Shown piece by piece: positions 56,121 through 64,000 of a stretch of DNA of 64,000 nt. The DNA is taken from positions 78,802,001 through 78,866,000 of the forward strand of contig OZ260662.1 in the NCBI GenBank assembly GCA_965285935.1, in the 5' to 3' direction. Source of the DNA: Ophelia neglecta. Taxonomy: Eukaryota. The notes beneath the pieces are model-generated. The model saw only the letters and a list, made by a program, of their open reading frames with translations. It was not told where the DNA came from and ran no database searches. Every line of letters begins with the position of its first letter. The first letter of the stretch is position 1. The position numbers and the translations under genes were made by a program.

Positions 56121-58184
56121 GATAGACCTTTAGGCATCAGGTTCTTATTAATGGTTCGTCTGGTTTAGCAGCGATATAAAATGAATAGAATATTATTATT
56201 CTTAAAAATCGTGTGAAGCGCTTTTCGTCGTTTATTGAATACGATTAGTCTATCCTTTATTTCCGCAATTTTTAAGCCTAAATATTGAGTAAAATAGATA
56301 GAGGTAACCTAGTTGAAATCCATGTTAGCAGAATTATATTTTGTCATTATCAAAGCAATACTTTAGCGAACCAGGGGTAGGACCACCCAAAGGCGTAATT
56401 TACGGAAACTCAAGAGCATATTAGGCCAATGTATTAACATAATAGATTATATTTATAGACCTAGTTAATTGTACAATTTAATATTCACTAAACTTGTCAA
56501 TTGCCGGGTTATCAAGCCTTGTTTCCATTAATTGGGGACAGGTGAAACCCATTCTGTCGAGCGTTCGGGTCGGTCTCGTTCAATATGCCGATTCAATGAC
56601 AGATGATTGAGTACGGGCGATCGGCCATCACGCGGCTGACATTATATCACGGCCGCCGAGCCGGCACTCGTGCTGAACGGACAAAGTCGATCCAAGATGG
56701 AGGTAAATGAAAGGTTTCATGGCCCACCACTCCCGGTCACTCTCCGGCTGACTGAGCGCCTTTTATAGTCCCGCTTGCCTTTAACAGCCAAACGTTCTGC
56801 CAGTGAGCACGTATTAAGCAGCGGAAATTAAAAAGCATGCGTTAAACAAATGAATGATTCTTCTCTCGGGCTACTTCCGGCGCGTTGCAACGGATCAGGC
56901 CCAGCGCCGGTAAAATGGCGGGAAATGGGTTTGTGTGGTGGTCGGTGCGAACTAGACATGCATGCGATAGGGTCTAAATGGCTTATTTTTCGCTGTTAGT
57001 TTCATAAATAAATAGGCAATACATCATTCGCGGTTGAAAACCTTAATGTAAGCACTTAGCATCGGCAGGTAATGGAATTGCATTTGTGATAAATTGGACA
57101 TGCTTAGAAAGTTAAGCTGATTGCCATGTGACCTGTCCTCCTAATTCAGAGCGAACTGCAGTGTAGATGGCGTCAAGACGATTCAAATCTTATAATGAGC
57201 ATATCAATTGAATAAGATCAGCTTATTTATGCTTTATCCTATAATGGTGTACACTAGTGTACGAGGATTTCCGGTATACAAGGTATTGAATTATTAATAA
57301 ATTCCATGGACTGGCCTTTTTAATTCACACTCGGGCCTGCTCAATGTTGGTTAACTAAGGTTTTTTATGAGAAGAACTCGAAAATCAATTGTAGACGAAC
57401 TGACATGTATAGATGGACTACCGATAGACGTCCCAATTATTTAGCTTTTTTTTCAAGAGCTTTGCTTGAATAAGTAAGCTGAGTTAAATGGTAAATTTAC
57501 ATGTGCTGATTGTCTGTGCAGGTTTCTTGTGCAGCCTGGTGCACATGGTTTGTCAGTGGTTGTTAAACTGTTACTTGATAGGCCTATGGTCATACGCACG
57601 GGTTTGGCATCCACTTATCCAATTATTTAGACAGCTACCTAGAATGTCATACACACGGTTATGCATTCAGTTATAGCGATAGGTAACGTTACTTTTGTTA
57701 AGTCATGTACAGATATATCATCACCACATCTCATATTCATCACTCCTTAAGTTATCTTCTTCCGGTTTATGCGTGTATTTCTTTTTATAATGTACGCTTT
57801 TAGTGCGATTTGTTCCTTTGTTTACGTATCCTTTTCAGATTATTTGGTGATTGCTGTTTGTTATAGAAATAAACATATGTTTTGGTTAGTCTTTCAGTGC
57901 TGAATGGCTTTCACGTCAGCGACAAACTTTGTCTGGGTGTCGATTAAATGTTGTATATATATTGTATTTGTTATTTGTCTTCTGTAAAAAAGAAAAAGAA
58001 AAATAGATTATTTCTGATTCTGATTCTAACTCGTTGATACTAAAAAAAAACGACTTTCTGGGGTGACTGTTGACAAAAACTCACTTTCTTTAGGTGAACG
58101 GACTACATAACTAGCCAAAAATAGTGCGGAAGAAACCAAAAATCGACGCTTGAAGCGGGGCATACCCGTCCAACAAGTATACAT

Positions 58185-58810
58185 ATCATTGATCAGCCAC
58201 CTTTGTTTTGAGAAGCAGCTACAGTATCTTCTTTTAAAGAATTATATTTCTCAAAGAAATACACAATGGACTACTTAATGGATTAAAACAGTGTTTGACA
58301 TTGCCATATTTCTCATTTAATTCATGGTGCAGTTATATAAACACAAATTTCTATCAGTCATAAAATGCAATGAAAGTCACCCACTACATATAACAGTAAA
58401 TTAGACTCTTTTTTTCATTGGCACGCATTGTTAACAATTAATGCAAAGTCCTGCCATGGTGTTCGGATTAATCAATTATTTACAAACTCTACTAATAATT
58501 ATTTCTAGACATCTATATAATGATTTTCTGGATGTACATGTATTATCTTATATAAGTGAGCGTAAAAATAAAGCAGTTGACAGTTCTTTAATAAACAATA
58601 GGAAAAAATATATGGCAAATCATGATCGTCCTTTTTTGCATTAATTAATAATTAATAATACTGAAATGCCATTGAACTGCAGACAATAAAAGAAAGTCAA
58701 TACCACATCTTGAATGCAACAATGTTTGTTATTAATACCTTCTGACGGGTTGGCATAGGTACTAAGTTACATTTCTCAGGCTATGCTTTCTAACCATTCA
58801 TAAGTGATTA
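58185..58810 (+). repeat. Copy A of a diverged ~620-bp direct duplication
   Basis: Colinear with 63055..63715. Shared blocks include CATTGTTAACAATTAATGCA, GTCCTGCCATGGT and CAGACAATAAAAGAAAGTCAATACCACATCTTGAATGCAACAATGTT. Confidence 0.85.
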
Positions 58811-60519
58811 AATCGTGAGAAAAAATACCACGAAGTGCACTCGGGATAGAACAACATATCACTGGGGTGCCATCGGACCAGCAGAAAAATTTACAGGATC
58901 TGGGGTGGGTACATACATGCATCTAGTTGCCCATGTTTTGGGCGCCTAGATGGGCTTGTTCGGAGTAAAAACGAATTGGTGGGTAGGGGAGGGGGGGGGG
59001 GCAAAGTTGGACATGAACTAAAAGGTCTGGCCCTATTGTGGAATCTTTAAACCCCCCTATGATAAGTGCGGTTAAATTTATTTTGATGGCTTGGCAGTCC
59101 CCCCCCCCACACACACATACAAACTAGTATTTAAATTTACAAGGTGCTAAAAAATAAGTAAAACAAGGCGTTTAGAAACGCAAACCCCCCCACCAATAAA
59201 AAAGGATAGTAAACGTGTCTCTTGCAAAATCAGTGGGTCCAAGGGGAGGCTGAGTGGGGGAGGGGGAGCCTGAGTGAGAGGAAGTTAGTGGGGCAGGAGT
59301 TGGACGGGGGAGGGGCAGGAGTGGGAGAGGGCAGGAGTGGGTGGAAGGCGGCACGGGTTGGAGAGAGAGGGCAGAAGTGGGAGGGAGCGAAAGAGTGAGA
59401 ATCCAAGGGGCAGGATGGGGGGGGGGGTTAGTCCTTCTTTTTTGTTTAAAGGTAACCCGTATTGCCTCTGGTTTCAAGCTAGTGGGTGTATATTATGTAT
59501 GGTCAATGAGCTTCAACATGGATAACTAGTACTAGTAAATTTAATATTATCCGTTTTTAAGGTGTATAATACGAATTGTCACCCTTCTAATGTCGTTGTT
59601 AGTAGATACAGGTAAAAGTGTAAGTGACTTTGTGTGCCGTTCTGTGCACCGGACACTGCACCAGCTCGTTACAAGTGCCGCTATGGCCTGCTTATTTATG
59701 CCGTTGCTCGTTTGTGCCACTACCGACAGGACCTTATGTTCGATTTGCTGTCAGTCTAGATATCTTTCCACGCCTTTCCCGGAAACATAATCTTCACACA
59801 TAGGACCTACCGCCATTTCTACATGATGTAACGTAGCTCAATCCTTATGCGCACTTTTGTAAGAGTGCCACCCGTCCCCCCCCCCCCCCCCTCTTACACA
59901 CGGGAAGGCATTGCCTCCCTCCCCATAGTTTCTGGAAAAGCCCTAATACAGTTTATGTTTTTGACAGTGGCTTTTTAGAATGTCTTCAAAGATGGGTTTA
60001 TAGTAGTGGCAAGGACTTGCCCATTTCATATTTCGGCTGTTTGTGGTCAAACAATAAGGGCAAGCAGAAAAATAGGATCTGTGTATTTCAGGTTAAGTGG
60101 CTTTATGTTTAATAACAAGTGTTATCCTCTACATGTATCACTCCACTGGTAGGCCTACCTAAGATAAAGTTTACTCATTGTTGAGCGGGCGTTGGCCCAG
60201 TTAAAATTCCGTAACCAAATGCCACCCGCCTGCGCTGTCCGGTTTTTTTTTTGCAATTATTCTTCCAATTATGAGGCGCCTCAAATATGGTTTTATTTAT
60301 TCATGCCAGAAATTAACTTTTCTGTACGATGCTTTTTATTTTGTAATTAAACCATCATGAGCAGAATATTTGGCGTGAAAGAAATATTGAATTACACGAG
60401 GCGGCATTTTGACTAGAATTTCAAACCCGCTGACGAATAAAGAGAGGTCCAGACATTTTATATCTATATATTATTATATTATTGTAGGCTATACATAAGT
60501 ACAGCGTTACGTTCATTTA

Positions 60520-61742
60520 CGAGGGGATCGGGCGGATCTTTGTATTTAAGAGTGGATCCTTTTGTAAAAGATTAACTTCGTATTTAATACGGGATCCTTG
60601 GGTTACGAGTGGATCCTATTGTTTTGGAGCTTACCCTCGAGTTTATGGGTGGTCCTTAATTTCTGAGTGAATCATTGTGTTTCAAGAGGCAACCCTTTGT
60701 GTTTAGGACAGGGTCATTGTGTTTAGAGTATCCATGTTTTTAAAAGCTTGCCCTAACCCTTGTGTGTGAGCGGATCATTGTGTTTATAAAAGTTCCTTGT
60801 GTTTAGGATCGACAGGGAGCTTGTGTTAATGGATGGATCATTGTATTTAAGAACTTACCTACGTGTTTATGAGATGATCTTGTGTTTATGAAAGGATCCT
60901 TGTGTTAAGGAGAGGATCCTTGTGTAAATGAGAGGATATTGTGTTTAGGCGAAGATAATGTGTTTAGGAGAGGATCCTTGTGTTGATGAGAGGATCCTCG
61001 TGTTGATGAGAGGAACTTTGTTTTAACTAGAGGATCCTTGTGTTTATGATAGGATCTTGTGTTTATGGGAGGATATTGTGATAATGAGAGGAACTTGTGT
61101 CAATGAGAGGGTATAATGCTTTATAAATGAGTGGACCCACAGGTTGATGAGATGATCCTCGTGTTTATAAGCTTTCCCTCTTGTTTATGAGAGTATCCTA
61201 GTGTTTATGTGAGGATCCTTGTGTTTATTAGGGGATCCTCAAGTTTTTGAGCTTTCTCTCTTGTTTATGAGATGACCCTTGTGTTTATAATTCAATCATT
61301 GTGTTTATGAGGCGATCCTGGTGTTTATAAGCTTTCTCTCTTGTTGGTGAGAGGATGCTTGTTTTTATGTGTCAGTCCTTGTGTTTATGATTCAATTATT
61401 GTGTTTATGATTCAATCATTGTGTTTATGAGGCGGTCCTCGTGTTTATAAGCATTCCCACTTGTTTATGAGAGGACCCCTGTGTTTATGAGTCAATCCTT
61501 TTGTTTATGACAGGATCCTTGTGTTTATGAGCTTTCCCTCTTGTTTATTAGATAATCCTAGTGTTTATGATTCAATCAATGTGTTTATGAGGGGAGCCTC
61601 GTGTTTATAAGCTTTCCCTCTTGTTTATGAGAGGATCCTTATGTTTATGAATCAGCCCTTGTGTTTATGAGAGGAACCTTGTGTTTATGAGTGGACCTTT
61701 CTGTTTATGAGTGATCTTTCTTATTTATGAGATGATCCTCAG
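60520..61742. repeat. 20-bp satellite array (about 60 monomers) with an 80-bp higher-order period in its right half
   Basis: Consensus GTGTTTATGAGAGGATCCTT. The variant GCTTTCCCTC recurs at 61171, 61251, 61331, 61451, 61531 and 61611. Confidence 0.92.
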
Positions 61743-62109
61743 TTTCTCACCTTCACTATTGGACTGACTTACTGTGGACTGACTAATATATGATCAGAGA
61801 GAAACATTTTGGCGGAGTAATAATAAGGGTTGGTGTCTAGAGGAAGCGGAGAAAAGAAGGGGTATATTATAACGGTTGAAATGATCATGTGGCTTTGCAA
61901 AAAAATCATATTTTGCGTGTTTTAAATTTCGAATCATGACATAGACAGGCCCTAGAAGTACATGCGAAAACAATATATATGAGTGTTTATTTCGCGGCAT
62001 AGTGGTTTTACCCAAAATTTGCTGATTTAAACCCGTGCAAACATTTTACAATTACTGTACAAATAAATTCAAAGGGGTACGTTGGCTTTGTTGGAACTCG
62101 AACCAACCA

Positions 62110-62228
62110 TGCTACATACCCAACTGTAGAATATTGACTATCATTTTGTCAATACAACCTAGACATATCTGTTGTACAAGCACTATTGCAATACTGGTAT
62201 TCAATATTCTACAGTTGGGGATGTAGCA
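62110..62228. repeat. Inverted repeat with a 28-bp stem
   Basis: TGCTACATACCCAACTGTAGAATATTGA (62110-37) pairs with TCAATATTCTACAGTTGGGGATGTAGCA (62201-28), with one mismatch. Confidence 0.85.
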
Positions 62229-62249
62229 CAATAAAGTTGCTGGTATTGC

Positions 62250-62340
62250 TGGGCTAGGTGGTGGTACTGAAAAGGTTGTAGGTTCGATACCCAGTCAAGT
62301 CATAAAAAAAACTTAAAATGGTCGATATGGATTTCGTTGT
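62250..62340 (+). mobile_element. Degenerate tRNA-derived SINE head
   Basis: B-box-like GGTTCGATACCC at 62281, followed by GTCATAAAAAAAACTTAAAATGGT, similar to the post-tRNA segment of Meta-type SINEs (from recall). No cloverleaf. Confidence 0.4.
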
Positions 62341-62567
62341 GGGTTTAAATAGGCCTACATGACCAAGCCGATAACGATTAAGTATATCCTGCCTCGATTT
62401 CAATAAATATATATATATAATTGACTTTGACAGAGTTATTTAAATAAGAACATTTTAGAATGTAGAGTGTCATTCTTTAGACAACTGACTGTCTTGCCTC
62501 AAACTGAAAATTTGAATTTCAAAATGTAGTGGGTCGTTTGTGTCATTTTTTAAAAGGCTCTTCTGGC

Positions 62568-62650
62568 CACTGGTATGCGAGGCTATCCACTACTACCTAC
62601 AATAACTAGTTATTATAGGCAGTAGTGGATAGATGCCTCGCGTACCTGTG
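62568..62650. mobile_element. 83-bp fully palindromic mini-transposon with a perfect 8-bp TSD (P- or hAT-type)
   Basis: The arms fold back around the centre ATAACTAGTTAT with CAC...GTG termini. CTTCTGGC flanks both sides (62560-67, 62651-58). Confidence 0.85.
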
Positions 62651-62819
62651 CTTCTGGCTTATCAATTTTAACCTATAACATATTTCTGAAATCTAATCAA
62701 ATATGTGTTCTTAGCGATAAAAAACAGGAAACATTAAGAATAAGAAAATTAAAATTCTGAAACTGACAGCTCGCCTGGTCCTATATTTCCTTTTCAGAAT
62801 TAAGGCGAATTTTATTTAT

Positions 62820-62881
62820 TCAATACAACCTAGACATATCTGTTGTACAAGCAATATTGCAATACTGGTATTTAATATTCT
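62820..62881 (+). repeat. 62-bp direct duplicate of 62149..62210
   Basis: TCAATACAACCTAGACATATCTGTTGTACAAGCA...AATATTCT with 2 mismatches. Confidence 0.9.
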
Positions 62882-63054
62882 GCTGAAGGTGCATGCACAC
62901 AGATTTCATTGAACTCTCTGACATAAATCATGTTATATTAGGATAAATAATACACAAGGCACATTATATTGAACTATGTACAAAATTGTGGACTTACTAA
63001 CTTTTACAAAAAAAAAATCATAAATATTTTGTGTTATCACAGCATCGATCCTGA

Positions 63055-63715
63055 TCATAGATCAGTCAGCAGATTTCTCAGAACCAGCTATTGGCCTAGT
63101 ATTTGGCTTAAAAAGAATGATTATATTTCCCTAAGGAATACCCAATGCACTATTTAATAGATTAAAACAGAAATTGACTTTGCCATTCATATTCACTTCA
63201 TGAGACAATTATAGACAAAGTCTGCCAATCATAAAAATGTTATGAAATTCAGCCACAAGATAAAACAGTAAATTAGATTCTTTTGAAAAACTGACAACAT
63301 TGTTAACAATTAATGCAGAGTCCTGCCATGGTATTTGGTTACAATAAAATATTAACCGAAATTCCCATGATTATTTGTAGACAATCTATATAATGATTTT
63401 TTTCTCAATGAATTATCTAAAAAAAGGGAGTGCAAAAAGAAGAACAGTTGACAATTCGTTAATATACAAGAGCAAAAAGAGGAATGTTTTTCAGTCTTAA
63501 TTGACATCTCATCTACTACTATAAGGCAATTCATGATTGTTTCATTCATTTTTGCATATTTTAATAATTAATAATACTGAAATGCCAGTGAACAGCAGAC
63601 AATAAAAGAAAGTCAATACCACATCTTGAATGCAACAATGTTGATATGAATACCTGCTGGATGTGGCTTTAAGGTCTGAATTACATTTATCAGGCTATAC
63701 TTTATAACCATTAAT
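63055..63715 (+). repeat. Copy B of the diverged direct duplication
   Basis: Same blocks in the same order as 58185..58810, about 4.9 kb downstream. Confidence 0.85.
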
Positions 63716-64000
63716 ACGAGGTTATATTATGAGCAAAACAAGATTAGTCTTCCTCTATTCAGTCAAATAGTTGGCAACATTTGGATACAAAGTACAATAT
63801 CCTGTTCATAAAGTCTTTTGACTGATATATATAATGCTTTGGTTTCTTCTTAATATCATTTTATCACATTCCATAATAATTTTGTATAGGACAGATCTGA
63901 TATAAATATTAATATACAATACACTATTTGCACATTTGTACATGTTTAGATATAAATATATACATAATTAATCATACCACGCAAACTGTCATTATTGGAT

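Noticed and set aside
57950-58030. (ATTCTG)n after an A-rich run, resembling a LINE 3' tail
   Set aside because: Only about two repeat units, and no upstream reverse-transcriptase remnant is visible.
62250-62340. tRNA gene
   Set aside because: Only a B-box-like motif, with no acceptor stem or cloverleaf. Treated as a SINE relic.

Overview
Animal (invertebrate bilaterian-like) genomic DNA, AT-rich and mostly non-coding. It holds one complete gene: a three-exon BarH-like homeobox gene (Barhl) on the minus strand. Its CDS is join(41117..40625, 36910..36679, 31411..31123), 337 aa, with an eh1/FIL motif, the BarH-diagnostic WYQNRR helix 3 and the TAVGLELLAEAGNY tail. The gene sits in a CpG-rich gene desert of about 26 kb downstream and more than 22 kb upstream. 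At the left end is a short plus-strand terminal exon missed by the ORF track (4552..4675, ...DLASEYSSGL...). It resembles the C-terminus of the DEAD-box helicase DDX31 and lies tail-to-tail with Barhl. From recall, human BARHL1/DDX31 are also tail-to-tail and fly B-H1 neighbours CG8611, which suggests an ancient genomic regulatory block. A sharp CpG-poor to CpG-rich transition near 5-6 kb coincides with the end of this gene. The rest of the window holds several MITEs with clear TIRs/TSDs, a truncated SINE with a TSD, four minisatellites (one with higher-order structure), hairpins, local duplications and a strongly over-represented TAGGCCTA palindrome. Homology calls are from recognition only; no searches were run.
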